Assembly: GCA_044350895.1 (NCBI GenBank) | Contig: JBILGT010000001.1 | Location: forward strand, 41,874-105,873 | DNA length: 64,000 nucleotides | Source: Limisphaerales bacterium | GTDB taxonomy: Bacteria; Patescibacteriota; Microgenomatia; UBA1400; PJMF01 | Direction: 5' to 3' | Shown here: positions 36,415 through 47,294 of the stretch, in pieces | How the letters are laid out: each line of letters starts with the position of its first letter | Numbering within the stretch: the stretch's first letter is position 1 | Translations under genes and position numbers: made by a program | The notes under the pieces: generated by a model | The model's database searches: none | The model's input: only the letters and a program-made list of their open reading frames with translations | Told to the model about the DNA's origin: nothing

Positions 36415-38604
36415 GTGAAACAATTTTTTATTTGGCTAATTCTTCAGATTTTTTTCTGTTTTTATGCTGCTTCTCCGGTTGCAGCTCGATCAGAACTGTA
36501 TCCTGTCACCCCCTTTGCCCAAGTCGACGGAGAAGTAACGGGGACTGTAGATGGGCAGGCGGTGCAGTTTGAATATCACCGAACATATCATCCAGATATA
36601 GTTGGTGTGAATATGCAAACGAGCAGAGTACGTTTTGCAAGTGATGGTCCAGTTGCAATGCAGTTGAATTTTGCTACACCGATCTCAGGGCCCTATCTTC
36701 AAGGAATTGGGAGGGGATATCCACTCCAGCAAAATGGAAACCAACTTACCTTTACTCTACCTGGACCAGGACATTACTACTTTAAAGCCGGAGGACTGCA
36801 AAAAACTATTTTATTTTGGATTGATGATTTAAATGCACCAAGAACAAAGCCAGGTGACCCTAATGTCGTAGACGTCACTACTCGCGGGATTCGCAATGAT
36901 CCAAGCGCAAACCAAAAAAATGAACTCCAAGCACTAATTACTGCAGTGCCAGATGGCACCATTTTATATTTCCCGGCAGGTGTATATCGGACGGGAGGGT
37001 TGAAAATATCAAGAAAAAATTTGACACTTTTCTTTGATCGCGGCGCACTGCTAAAAGGGACTGATAACAGTGCCGATTTTTTCAAGGGACTCATTGAAAT
37101 TGAGTATGGGCGTAACATTAAGTTGACAGGGTTTGGTACGATTGATGCCAATGGTATGGTCACATATTCCAACAGTGGCGGCAGAGAAATTAAGATAAGA
37201 AACATCCAAATAGATGACTCAACTGACATTACTCTTGAAAACTTACTATTTATGGACGCAAACTCTTGGTCAATTCACGTTCATCGTAGTACCAACTTTA
37301 CTGCAAGAAATATTAAAGTTTTTGGTGGAAAAGATGGTATTGATCCTGATTCAGTGACAAATGCTCTTTTGGAAAATGTGTTTGTTCAATCAGTTGATGA
37401 CAGTATTGCTGTTAAAAGTCGTGACGTCAGTGATAACACTCCTACAAATAACGTTCGGGTAAATAAGTGTATTGTTAGTAGTGGTCGAGCTACTGCACTC
37501 AAAATTGGTACAGAAAATCGACAGCCAATTACTGGTGTAACATTTGAACACTGCGATGTGATTGATTCCGATCGGGGGATGAGTATTTACACGCAGTACG
37601 GTGGACAAATTGCAGATGTTACATACAAAAACATTCGCTTAACAGGCGTAACTGATCCATGGAAAAACATACCGTACAGTGGTGGCGGACCGAGCATAAC
37701 CAATCTTGTCTATGAAAATATCATTGTGGGATTATCAACAAATAAAGCACGGATAAATCAAGGATATCCTGGTTTAAAAAAAGTAATGCTAAAGAATATT
37801 GTAATTCACACATTTGGTGCACCTGAGGAACGAGCTGGGGCATTGCGTGCAGATGCTGGTACAAATGTAAATGCATTTGGAGTTACTGCATATTGGAACG
37901 GTAAAAAAGGTGGCTGGCGTGGTGTCTTTGAAGGGGATGGATTTGTAGAAAAAATGAATGTCGTAGAAAACGACGGAGCTGGTCCTTCAATGGAGTTCTC
38001 AGACGCAGCAGGATTACCGCCTGCCACAGTACCAGTACCGCCAGCTGAACCAACTCCTGCATGTAAAATACAAACTCAAGTGACGTGTTCAAGCAGTACT
38101 TCAGTAAGTGTGAAGTATCAATTTACCCAACAGCCAAATTTTGACTATAAGCATTTTATAGTACGCATTAATGCATATCCTGAAAATAAAGCTGAATGTA
38201 CCAATGACTCTGGACAGCAGATCGATTGGTTTTGTGGTAGGGACACAGGAAAAGGTAATGATCTACAAGCATATAGTGAAAAAGTGGTGCAGGAGACAAC
38301 TTTTACGGCTGTACCGGGTGTTCCTTATAGAGTGGGTGTTTCAATTGATGCAAAAGCAGATGGGACACGTCTCTCTACCGGGCAATGTGCTGCAATACCG
38401 GTTGATATAACGTGTACAGCAGCTGTTACTCCAACTCAGTCAAGGAAGCCAGGTGATCTTGATCGAGACAATGACGTTGATATTTTTGACTACAACAAAT
38501 TGATCGAAAATTTTGGACGAGAAAATTGTGAGATCAATTTGACCGCTAGTTGTTTGATTGATATATATGACTACTCGATTGTTTTAGCCAAGTGGGGTAC
38601 ATAA
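36415..38604 (+). CDS. Secreted parallel beta-helix glycan-active enzyme (GH28/GH49/pectin lyase-like) with C-terminal dockerin-like domain
   Basis: Signal peptide; LYFPAGVY, G.GTIDANG, KDGID, DDSIAVK, LKIGTE; GDLDRDNDVDIFDYNKLIENFG..IDIYDYS. Confidence 0.82.
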   Translation: MKQFFIWLILQIFFCFYAASPVAARSELYPVTPFAQVDGEVTGTVDGQAVQFEYHRTYHPDIVGVNMQTSRVRFASDGPVAMQLNFATPISGPYLQGIGRGYPLQQNGNQLTFTLPGPGHYYFKAGGLQKTILFWIDDLNAPRTKPGDPNVVDVTTRGIRNDPSANQKNELQALITAVPDGTILYFPAGVYRTGGLKISRKNLTLFFDRGALLKGTDNSADFFKGLIEIEYGRNIKLTGFGTIDANGMVTYSNSGGREIKIRNIQIDDSTDITLENLLFMDANSWSIHVHRSTNFTARNIKVFGGKDGIDPDSVTNALLENVFVQSVDDSIAVKSRDVSDNTPTNNVRVNKCIVSSGRATALKIGTENRQPITGVTFEHCDVIDSDRGMSIYTQYGGQIADVTYKNIRLTGVTDPWKNIPYSGGGPSITNLVYENIIVGLSTNKARINQGYPGLKKVMLKNIVIHTFGAPEERAGALRADAGTNVNAFGVTAYWNGKKGGWRGVFEGDGFVEKMNVVENDGAGPSMEFSDAAGLPPATVPVPPAEPTPACKIQTQVTCSSSTSVSVKYQFTQQPNFDYKHFIVRINAYPENKAECTNDSGQQIDWFCGRDTGKGNDLQAYSEKVVQETTFTAVPGVPYRVGVSIDAKADGTRLSTGQCAAIPVDITCTAAVTPTQSRKPGDLDRDNDVDIFDYNKLIENFGRENCEINLTASCLIDIYDYSIVLAKWGT

Positions 38605-38641
38605 CAAGTTTTTGAGGAGTGTGATAGAGTAGTGAAATAGT

Positions 38642-39100
38642 ATGTCAGATGCACAATCTCGCCACGTTGATATCGATAATGCCCGTCTAGATGAGCAACG
38701 TCAAGTGATGCAAGAAATCATTGATGCAGATCATTGTCCGTTTTGTCGTGAAAATTTGGACAAATACCACAAGCAAGAAATTCTTAAAGAAGGTGAGTTT
38801 TGGCTGGTCACGAAAAACCAGTGGCCGTACGACTTCACAAAAGTCCACTTACTGCTGATTTATAAACAACATGCCACAGATCTTTCTGAGCTTGATCCAG
38901 AATCTGGCAAAGAATTGTTAGAACTTCTCCAGTGGGCACAAAAGGAATACAAAATTCCTGGTGGTGGTTGGGCAATGCGCTTTGGTGATACCGATCATTC
39001 GGCAGGAACAGTGGCACACATTCATGTGCAGTTCATCATGCCTGATCTTGAACATCCAGAGTTCAAACCAGTGCGGATTAAGATTGGGAAAAGTAAGTAA
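38642..39100 (+). CDS. HIT family nucleotide hydrolase
   Basis: CPFC, N.WPY...HLL, TVAHIHVQ. Confidence 0.88.
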   Translation: MSDAQSRHVDIDNARLDEQRQVMQEIIDADHCPFCRENLDKYHKQEILKEGEFWLVTKNQWPYDFTKVHLLLIYKQHATDLSELDPESGKELLELLQWAQKEYKIPGGGWAMRFGDTDHSAGTVAHIHVQFIMPDLEHPEFKPVRIKIGKSK

Positions 39101-39155
39101 AATTTTAGAATTAACTTCTAGTTAGTACCATACTTTTTCAGTATAGTTAATCTTG

Positions 39156-42100
39156 ATGCTTGCTGAACAAACGCCAACTGTATCGGGTGAATTTTTGAAA
39201 GGATTTGAGCTTCCTGAAAGATGGAAGCGTTTTAGTATATCTCGATTACTTGAAAAGAGACGAGTTGCTTCCTCTTTGAGGAACGAATACAGAGAAACTC
39301 TGCAGCAACCGTCTCCGGAGCCACTTACTCACTACCAAGATGATAATAATGAATTACATAACCTCTTTGCATACTTAGCAACTACTAGTGAGCTGGAGTT
39401 TGATACACCTAGTACGCAACTTCTCACGGGAATTGCTGAAAATATGCTTGCAGGTTCGCAGACATCAGAGCGTATCCAAGTGGTAATTATTAAGCGATCT
39501 CAACAATGCAATGCGTTTGTAACTGCCGACGGTACAATTTTTATGACGCAGGCTTTGCTAAATAAATGTACACATCTTGATGAAGCAGCAGCGGTAATCG
39601 GACATGAAGTTGGGCACATTATCAATAAAACCCATGTGCATACTAATTCAGTATATGTATTAGACCGAATGAGTGTCGCATGGGCACATGAAATGGCTGC
39701 AGATTTAGAGACTCCCCGTAAGCTTAAGCAAGCCGGATATAATTCTACAGCCCTTGCTTCCATTATAGTTAAAATCGGGAGTAACGGTCGTGATTTTGAG
39801 CATCAAGGTGCACTGATGCGAGGCTCACAAAATATTGGCCTTCATGCAGTTATTGATAATGAAGCAAGTGCTCAAGGATATCAACCAATTCCTGCAGAAC
39901 TGCATGGCAAAGTTAGTTACTCAAATTTAGAAATTCTGGATTACGCCAAGAAGCAAAATAATATTGCATTGTATAACAAGACAGTGCGAGCATTGCACTC
40001 CCATGACTTTGCCGCTGAGTATAGACGTATGCAAGCGATCAGTTTTCGTGACTCTGAGGAAAACCTCAAGGTATTGACGCAGGTTGTACTAGAACGACTT
40101 GAAGGTGTCGGATACACACATCAGCAAGCTATTTTTATACTACTCGGTTTTTCTTCTGCGGAATTTACATTTTCCCCAGGCTTTAAACTTTTTGAAGATG
40201 TAGCTGAACTTACAGAAATAATTTTGGAGATTCCTCACGTCGTGACGGATAACAACATTGAATCAAAACTTGAGTCAGCTGTCCCTGAAGTACTTAAGCC
40301 CGCCCAAATACTCTCATGCATACGCAAATTTTTTAATTCGGTACATCACAATTTGGGTACAGAGGAGTCTAAAAGAGGAAGTTTGCGAGTCAGCGAAAAT
40401 GAGCTTTTTTTGCTACTACATAATATACAAGAATTGAGAAAAAGTGATGAAAATTTTGCTAGGTTTTCTCATGTCATTGAAATCATTGATAGTGCCACTA
40501 CTGTAATTTTTCTCAAGTATATTTATTTGCGGTGCGTGGCAGAAGAAATTCCACAAGATCAACAAAAACCATTATTCCATTCTTTGTATGAAAAATATAA
40601 AGGTGAGGGGATGCATATTGTGCCAGGCACAGTTTGGGGATTTAAGGCAAGCAATGAGTATATTTCTCCTGAAAATCTTCAGTTTATGCAGTATGTGGGT
40701 GATGTACTGATGAATAGAGAACCAGAGGTAAAAGAACCACTGGTGGATGAAAAACTACAGCATTTATCAGAAAAAATGGGCCAAAGAGCAACCTCAATTA
40801 ATTATGAAGTGCTGAAGGAATTACTAGTCAAAATAAATTCGAATGAAGCCGAGAATCTTACAGATGAAAAACGTAAAGAGTATTTCTATAAATTTGCACA
40901 GCAAATTGAACAAGTGCCTTTTGCTAGTTACTACAATGTTCTCGAAGAATTAGCGGCAGAAAATAAAGGGCAGAATGCAGCAGGAAGAAAAGAATCTTTA
41001 CACGGGGCTAAACTCCCACCTACAGATAGTCATACTGCAAGCAACACCGCAATTTTTAGAATGTATGCTCTGCAAGAGGTAGCTTTTTTCTTATTTAAAA
41101 CTGATACCGATGCGTTCTATGAATGTTTGGAATACAGTTGTAATACTCCTGATATTCCTTGGGACACGCTATCTTTTGTACAAGTAACAAATCTCTGTTA
41201 CTCACTTTTAAATTTACCCAAGGGGAGCTGGGTATTAGCGGATAGAACAGGCTTTGTCCTAGAAAATTCTCTGCAACAAAAGTCTACTTGTACGGTGCTC
41301 AACTATGATCGAGTATGTAGCCTTGTACCGGTGCAGCGGTTACTGGAGCTTTCTGAACAAGAAATAACACAGCTTGGTGAAATTAGTTGGGATGCCGCAA
41401 CAATCGAAGGATTTATCGCACATGTTTCTGAAAAACAATCTGGTATGTTTAGTACACGCTCAATCTTAGATCAAGCCAGTAATAGAGATAATATTTATGC
41501 AGACAATCTGTTTACATTGATTGTCTGGAGACAGGAGCGACAGGCTTTAGTTAAGATTTTAGAACAATTTGTAAGTACAGATATTAATCGATTTTCATAT
41601 AGTTATTTTCAACAACTTCCAGACTTATATTTATTGGCGTATAGATTTTTACCCTTTGATGCTCGAAGAGAAACAATCTGTCGCAACATTGCCAATCGCT
41701 ATCTTTCAGAACCAAGTGTACAGCTTGGACGTAAAATTGATTTTTTACTTATGCACTTTGATAGGATTGGGATTGAAGGTTCATTCATTGTCGGGGAACA
41801 TATTCATACCATTGCGGATTACCAGATGTTCAGGGAAAAAGTCGGAGAGGAGAAGCTGAAAAAAATTTTGACGGGTGAGAAAGATGTAAAAGTGGTGGCA
41901 CTTTTGGACTATGCAACCTCACTAGTTACATCATTTTCTGGCGGGCTTCTTGATACGATTGATGACTCACAACAAAGTAGACGTAAGGCAACAACAGATG
42001 CTGCATATAAGTGGTTGAAAACCCTATTTGTGGACTCAAAAAAAAGTGTTTCCTATGTTCCCGATAAAGAAAAATTTGAAGTTGATTCACAAAGGCGTGA

Positions 42101-43904
42101 TTCATTTCACTCATTTGCTGATACTATTGCGGTCTTACGGTCTCTTTCACCAACTATGCGAAGTCTCATTTCACATAAATTATTGGTTGATACTGGAGGA
42201 GCATTAACAACTTTGGAAGCTCGGAGGGATCTTTCTCGGAGATTATTAGAAGGTCTACAACTCGATAAGAATACCTTACAAGGGATGTTGCTAGAAGCTG
42301 TAGTGATAGACGGTAAAGCAGAATTCATTGGTTTTCCTGCCGCTCAAATGATTGCACCGCTCTTATTTAGATCATTAGATCCGCAGGCATTGGATTACGA
42401 TACCTTGCTCGATAGTAATATTTCTGTAAAAGATTCTGACCCTCAAGCAAAAGTATTCACCCAGCAACCTAAAATCCGCGATCATATTGGAGAAGCACAG
42501 GCACGGCATATTTTGACTGCATCATCTCGTGATTTAGTAAAAGTTGGACGTGAGTATTCACTCGGTGAGTCACATACCGCTGCAGAATTTGCAGGACAAT
42601 CAGATGCAGAATATCGAGCTACCTTGGAAATGCTGGAAGGTCATTTTGTGCCACAAGAAAAGGTGGATGCACCAAAAGCCCAGTTAGGTATTGATGCCAC
42701 CACTGAGGCGCTTATTTCTGCTGCAGAGTCAAGTACAGCAGGCATTACTAGGCAATTACAACTTTCTACGCAATTTAAAAAATACCCCCCAGAATTGGAA
42801 GCACGGTTGCGACGTACCTTAGATTCCAATCCTGGACTACCAATGTTGCTAGCATGGGAGAACCTCTTCCTTTGGTCCACCCCAGAACAGGGAGATTCCC
42901 CAAAACGAGTAGCAGAAAAAGTTGCCCTTGGTGAGTACTTGCAGCAGGTTGAAATCCAGAAAAAAATTGCGGGAGGTAGTTTAAATACAATCTTTTTAGC
43001 TCACAATACTCAAACGAAAAGGGACATTGTCGCTCGTATACAGAATCCAAATGCAGAGTTTTTTGTACAAGCGGGCTATGAGCTGGTAGAAGCTGCATAT
43101 GATTACGTTTTGAAAAAAACAGGGAGAAAGTATGCCCGTGAAGTAAAAATTGGCAAGATGCTCAATGCACTAACTCAGCGATGGTGTATCAGAGATATTA
43201 ATGATCCATTCTATCTAGAAGATGATGCAAATTTCAGAAGTGTAATCGCGAGTGCAACACAAGCCAACTCACTTGATATAGAGTACTATGCACCTGAATT
43301 AGAATTCACGCAGCAAAAATTCAAAACAGAAACAGTAGCTGCCGGGACCACCGCCAATAAATTTCGCAGTGGCAAGGCAACAGCAGAACAAAAAAATTTG
43401 TCATTAGAAGCATTTTTCTATTTCTTTGAACATCAGCTAGACTTTGAAAAACACACAATTGCTAAAGATGGAACGGAATATATTTTGGTACATTCAGATC
43501 AACATCTTGGCAATTACACAGATGCTTTTGAAGAGAGTACTCTCCGCAGAGGAGTAATTGATCGCAATATGTTTTTACGCTTGGAACGACCGGATCTAAG
43601 AGTCATTCAATTGTATTTAGAACCAGATAAAGGAAGAGAATTTGCCCAAGCTTTAGTTGAACGTATTCTTGATAAAAACAAAGTACGTGGGGTGAGTAGA
43701 GCTACGTTCAAGGTCTATGTGACCTCAAAACTAATTCCAGAGTATACCCGTCAAAATTTCTCAGGTCACAGTGATGAACTCTTGCTTTTGCAAGTGGTTT
43801 TTGAAGCCTGTGCGCTCAAAGACATGGATATTCCATTGGAACTACAGCTTATGTTGCGTAACGCAGCGGCATACAAGGAATTGAAAAAAACGGTGGTTAC
43901 CTAA
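39156..43904 (+). CDS. Giant protein: N-terminal M48-like Zn peptidase, long helical region, C-terminal ABC1/UbiB-like atypical kinase
   Basis: CNAF..GTIF..LL..EAAAVIGHEVGH..HEMAAD; IAGGSL..IVARIQNP..LVHSDQHLGN..IDRNM. Confidence 0.75.
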   Translation: MLAEQTPTVSGEFLKGFELPERWKRFSISRLLEKRRVASSLRNEYRETLQQPSPEPLTHYQDDNNELHNLFAYLATTSELEFDTPSTQLLTGIAENMLAGSQTSERIQVVIIKRSQQCNAFVTADGTIFMTQALLNKCTHLDEAAAVIGHEVGHIINKTHVHTNSVYVLDRMSVAWAHEMAADLETPRKLKQAGYNSTALASIIVKIGSNGRDFEHQGALMRGSQNIGLHAVIDNEASAQGYQPIPAELHGKVSYSNLEILDYAKKQNNIALYNKTVRALHSHDFAAEYRRMQAISFRDSEENLKVLTQVVLERLEGVGYTHQQAIFILLGFSSAEFTFSPGFKLFEDVAELTEIILEIPHVVTDNNIESKLESAVPEVLKPAQILSCIRKFFNSVHHNLGTEESKRGSLRVSENELFLLLHNIQELRKSDENFARFSHVIEIIDSATTVIFLKYIYLRCVAEEIPQDQQKPLFHSLYEKYKGEGMHIVPGTVWGFKASNEYISPENLQFMQYVGDVLMNREPEVKEPLVDEKLQHLSEKMGQRATSINYEVLKELLVKINSNEAENLTDEKRKEYFYKFAQQIEQVPFASYYNVLEELAAENKGQNAAGRKESLHGAKLPPTDSHTASNTAIFRMYALQEVAFFLFKTDTDAFYECLEYSCNTPDIPWDTLSFVQVTNLCYSLLNLPKGSWVLADRTGFVLENSLQQKSTCTVLNYDRVCSLVPVQRLLELSEQEITQLGEISWDAATIEGFIAHVSEKQSGMFSTRSILDQASNRDNIYADNLFTLIVWRQERQALVKILEQFVSTDINRFSYSYFQQLPDLYLLAYRFLPFDARRETICRNIANRYLSEPSVQLGRKIDFLLMHFDRIGIEGSFIVGEHIHTIADYQMFREKVGEEKLKKILTGEKDVKVVALLDYATSLVTSFSGGLLDTIDDSQQSRRKATTDAAYKWLKTLFVDSKKSVSYVPDKEKFEVDSQRRDSFHSFADTIAVLRSLSPTMRSLISHKLLVDTGGALTTLEARRDLSRRLLEGLQLDKNTLQGMLLEAVVIDGKAEFIGFPAAQMIAPLLFRSLDPQALDYDTLLDSNISVKDSDPQAKVFTQQPKIRDHIGEAQARHILTASSRDLVKVGREYSLGESHTAAEFAGQSDAEYRATLEMLEGHFVPQEKVDAPKAQLGIDATTEALISAAESSTAGITRQLQLSTQFKKYPPELEARLRRTLDSNPGLPMLLAWENLFLWSTPEQGDSPKRVAEKVALGEYLQQVEIQKKIAGGSLNTIFLAHNTQTKRDIVARIQNPNAEFFVQAGYELVEAAYDYVLKKTGRKYAREVKIGKMLNALTQRWCIRDINDPFYLEDDANFRSVIASATQANSLDIEYYAPELEFTQQKFKTETVAAGTTANKFRSGKATAEQKNLSLEAFFYFFEHQLDFEKHTIAKDGTEYILVHSDQHLGNYTDAFEESTLRRGVIDRNMFLRLERPDLRVIQLYLEPDKGREFAQALVERILDKNKVRGVSRATFKVYVTSKLIPEYTRQNFSGHSDELLLLQVVFEACALKDMDIPLELQLMLRNAAAYKELKKTVVT

Positions 43905-45993
43905 ACACCCGCATCCGTGCGTCAACTATTTGTGCACCACTACCTTTATGGAACACCATAATTGGATTGACATCAAGTTCTGCAATCTCTGGGTGTTTGG
44001 TGAATAAATCAGAAACTCGAGCAATACATTCTTTTACAACTTTAAGATCGAACGGGGTTTGACCTCGAGCGCCTTTGAGAATTTGAGAAAACTTGAGGCG
44101 GTCAATCATGTCAGTAATATCATCTGGGGTGAGGGGAGCGAGACCAAAGGCAGCGTCCTTGAAAACTTCTGTGAAAACGCCACCCATACCAATTCCCACC
44201 AGTGCACCCAAATTTGGATCACGAACCGCACCAGTAATTAATTCTTTACCACTCAGTGTCACAAACGGCATGACAACTACGCCAGCAATATGTGCCTCTG
44301 GCTGATGCTTTTTTACTTGCGCTAAGAGCTTGTGATAGGCGCTTTCAGCATCCGCAGCTGCTACATCTACCATGACACCACCGACATCACTTTTATGCAC
44401 AATATCTGGAGAGAGAATTTTGAGAACTAAACGATCTCCACAGAGTTTGACTGCTTTTGGAATCTGATCTGGTGCGGTGATTTTCATCCACTTAATTACT
44501 GGTAACCCTGCTGCCTCAAGAATACTGAGCGCTACATCATCTGGCAGCCAGCCTTCAGAATTCAAGTGCGCATTTTTGATAAGGCTAGAAATTGCGGTGG
44601 TATCCACATCTTGGAAAGAAACGGGTTTTTCACCTGAGCGTTTCCAAATACTGAATGTATGGAGGATTCCCAAACCGTGCACGAGTGACTCAGGAAAATC
44701 AGTGGTGGTGATTTTGCCTGTCTGCAAAATTTGAATACCCGGTTGCACCCGGTCGCCGCCAATGAAACTGACCACTATTGGCTTTTTAGTGGCACGTTTT
44801 GCCGTCACGATTACTTTGGCTGTTGCTTCCACCTCAGTCATAGATTGCGGAGTTAATAGCAGCACGAGCGCGTCAACACCCTCGTCAGTGCTGACAATTT
44901 TGAGTGTGTCGTCATAGCGTTGCGCTTTGGCGTCGCCAAGGATATCAATTGGGTTATGAATATTCGCCGCAGGAGGCAAAACTTTTTGCAGCGCTTCCAC
45001 AGTTTCTTGAGAAAGTTTGGCAACACTCAGACCTTCATGAACTAGGGCATCAGTCACCAGCACGCCAACACCACCGGCGTTGGTGACAATTGCTACGCGA
45101 TCTTTGGGCAAAACAGGATTGAAGGCAAAGCACTCAGCATACAAAAAGAACTCTTCTATAGTTTGTGCTCTGATGATGCCTGCTTGGTGAAACAGTGCTT
45201 CGTAAAATGCATCGTTGCCAGCGAGAGAACCAGTATGTGATTGAGCTGCGGCAGCACCTGCTTCAGTTTGCTTAGATTTCAAAACAATAATTGGCTTGGG
45301 ATGACGGACGCGTCTGATTTTTTGCGCGACAGCCAAAATTTCTGTGAGATCACGGAGTGCTTCCACGTAGAGCAGAATCACCTTTGTGTCAGGATCATGC
45401 GCCAAGTATTCAAGCAGTTCAGTTTCTTTGAGTGTTGCTTTATTGCCCAGACTCAAAAACTTGGAAAAACCAATTTGTTGTTGGATGGCGTAGTCAATGA
45501 TAGCGGTACCCAGAGCGCCACTTTGTGAAAGAAACGCAACCGAGCCAGCAGGCGGAAGCTGTGGAGCAAACGAACCATTGAATCCCAGATTGGCATTCAT
45601 GACCCCCAGACAGTTGGGACCCACCAGTGTGATGTTGTATTTTTGCGCAATGGCAACGATTTGGTCTTCAAGTTCAGTTTGTCCGACTTCTTTAAAACCA
45701 GCACTGATGACAACCGCAGCTTTAACTTTCTTTTTGCCAGCCTCAGTCAAAACTTGCGGCACGATTGCTGCGGGGACGGCAATGATGGCGAGATCAACGG
45801 AGCCAGGGACTGCTGAAATATTTTCATAAACTGGCAGGTTGAACAAACTGCCACCCTTGGGATTGATGGGATAGATGTTACCTCTGAAACTTTCGACTAA
45901 ATTTTTGACCAAGTCGTTCCCAACACTTCCTGGTTGCGAAGAAGCTCCGATGATGGCAACAGATTTGGGGGAAAAAACAGCGTGTAAACTCAT
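43897..45993 (-). CDS. Acetate-CoA ligase (ADP-forming), fused alpha-beta
   Basis: VGPNCLG, SQSGA, SHTGSLAG, TNAGG, NPIDILGDA, HKSDVGGV, ELDVNP. Confidence 0.92.
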   Translation of the reverse strand: MSLHAVFSPKSVAIIGASSQPGSVGNDLVKNLVESFRGNIYPINPKGGSLFNLPVYENISAVPGSVDLAIIAVPAAIVPQVLTEAGKKKVKAAVVISAGFKEVGQTELEDQIVAIAQKYNITLVGPNCLGVMNANLGFNGSFAPQLPPAGSVAFLSQSGALGTAIIDYAIQQQIGFSKFLSLGNKATLKETELLEYLAHDPDTKVILLYVEALRDLTEILAVAQKIRRVRHPKPIIVLKSKQTEAGAAAAQSHTGSLAGNDAFYEALFHQAGIIRAQTIEEFFLYAECFAFNPVLPKDRVAIVTNAGGVGVLVTDALVHEGLSVAKLSQETVEALQKVLPPAANIHNPIDILGDAKAQRYDDTLKIVSTDEGVDALVLLLTPQSMTEVEATAKVIVTAKRATKKPIVVSFIGGDRVQPGIQILQTGKITTTDFPESLVHGLGILHTFSIWKRSGEKPVSFQDVDTTAISSLIKNAHLNSEGWLPDDVALSILEAAGLPVIKWMKITAPDQIPKAVKLCGDRLVLKILSPDIVHKSDVGGVMVDVAAADAESAYHKLLAQVKKHQPEAHIAGVVVMPFVTLSGKELITGAVRDPNLGALVGIGMGGVFTEVFKDAAFGLAPLTPDDITDMIDRLKFSQILKGARGQTPFDLKVVKECIARVSDLFTKHPEIAELDVNPIMVFHKGSGAQIVDARMRVFR

Positions 45994-46049
45994 GTGATTC
46001 AGTGTAACAAAAACTTGTTGACAGGAGAAACCGCAAATCAGCTTCTTGG

Positions 46050-46895
46050 TTACTGCTGAGAATCGATCACGCGAATGATCTCAACTCCAGCTTGCTTGAG
46101 AACTCGCTCGCCATCAAGCATGGCATAGCCTTTTTGGTAGAAGACACGTGTAAGTCCAGCATGGGCAATCAATTTGGCACACGGAGGGCAGGGGAAGTCA
46201 GTAACATACAGATCCGCACCTGACAAGTTTGTTCCCGCTGCGGCTGCCTCAGCAATCAGCTTTGCTTCGGCATGAATGGCCGTGTTGAGTTCAATATGAT
46301 CGCCTTTATGAAAATGTGCCCGAGCGTCTCCTTCTGCATACGGTTGTTGTTCAGAAGGGAGGTGCGTGTTGTGTGTTTGGGCAAGAATTGTGTTCTCTCT
46401 GACAGCCACTGCACCCACTTGGCGCCACCAGTCTGAGCTCTTGTTTCCCTCAAGAGATGCAAGCTCCATGAATTTTTTATCCACTCCTGCAGATGAAATT
46501 GTTTGATCAGGACTGGGAGTGAGTTCTGCTGCCGCACTTTTCTTATCCCAGCGCAAGAATATTGAACTTTTTTCAATGGTGCAGTTGGCGAGGTATTTGT
46601 GGGCAACTTCGGTGGTGACCACTTCATCAGGAATTATCACAGTGGCGTGAGCAGCGTTAAGTTGGTGCAAAAGTTCTTCAGAAACAATCTGTACGTCATC
46701 AAAAATGTTCCAGCTGAGGACTGCCTTCTGAACGAGCTCTTCAGATATGGCCCGTACTTCTTTATGCACCGGCGTAAATTCCTGAGCAATAGAAGCGGGG
46801 AGGATGTACAGTGTTCTGGCAGACAAGTTCTGGCTAAACAGCTGCACATAACCTTGATGTAAAACTGGAATATATGCAAGAATAACTGTGGACAT
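46050..46895 (-). CDS. dCMP/cytidine deaminase family protein with extra N-terminal domain
   Basis: RQVGAV, HAE, FPCPPCAKLI; N-terminal IPVLHQGY. Confidence 0.88.
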   Translation of the reverse strand: MSTVILAYIPVLHQGYVQLFSQNLSARTLYILPASIAQEFTPVHKEVRAISEELVQKAVLSWNIFDDVQIVSEELLHQLNAAHATVIIPDEVVTTEVAHKYLANCTIEKSSIFLRWDKKSAAAELTPSPDQTISSAGVDKKFMELASLEGNKSSDWWRQVGAVAVRENTILAQTHNTHLPSEQQPYAEGDARAHFHKGDHIELNTAIHAEAKLIAEAAAAGTNLSGADLYVTDFPCPPCAKLIAHAGLTRVFYQKGYAMLDGERVLKQAGVEIIRVIDSQQ

Positions 46896-46965
46896 ATCCG
46901 TAATCCTATCATAAAAAATTAAAAATCTATGGTAGTAGTAAACTACTCAATCAAGAGCACACTGT

Positions 46966-47108
46966 ATGAAAAAAATTCTTATTATAGAAGACGATGCAGA
47001 CATTGCCGAAGCACTGCAGATGCATTTATTGCAAAACCTTTCGATATTTTTGAATTGGTCGCGCTTGTCAAAAGTTTGACAGAGAAGACTACAACGTCTG
47101 TTCAATAG
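46966..47108 (+). pseudogene. Response-regulator receiver gene with out-of-frame internal deletion
   Basis: MKKILIIEDDADIAEALQM is joined out of frame to ADAFIAKPFDIFELVALVKSL..*; junction GCAGATG at 47016-47022. Confidence 0.85.
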
Positions 47109-47265
47109 ATTCTTCCAAAGGTGGCGGAGTGTTGGGAATTTCAGGTGGCTGTTGGAAAATAACCGAGGCAATTAAGCCAATAATAAAGAGCGCAATTGTA
47201 GTAAAGATTCCGATAAGTACATTTTTTTCTGGTTCTGAAGTAGCATGTGCTGGCGTTTTTTTCAT
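47089..47265 (-). CDS. 58-aa single-TM small protein
   Basis: Manual translation: MKKTPAHATSEPEKNVLIGIFTTIALFIIGLIASVIFQQPPEIPNTPPPLEESIEQTL*. Confidence 0.6.
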   Translation of the reverse strand: MKKTPAHATSEPEKNVLIGIFTTIALFIIGLIASVIFQQPPEIPNTPPPLEESIEQTL

Positions 47266-47294
47266 AGTAGTTTGAAATATAGCATAAAAAATCG

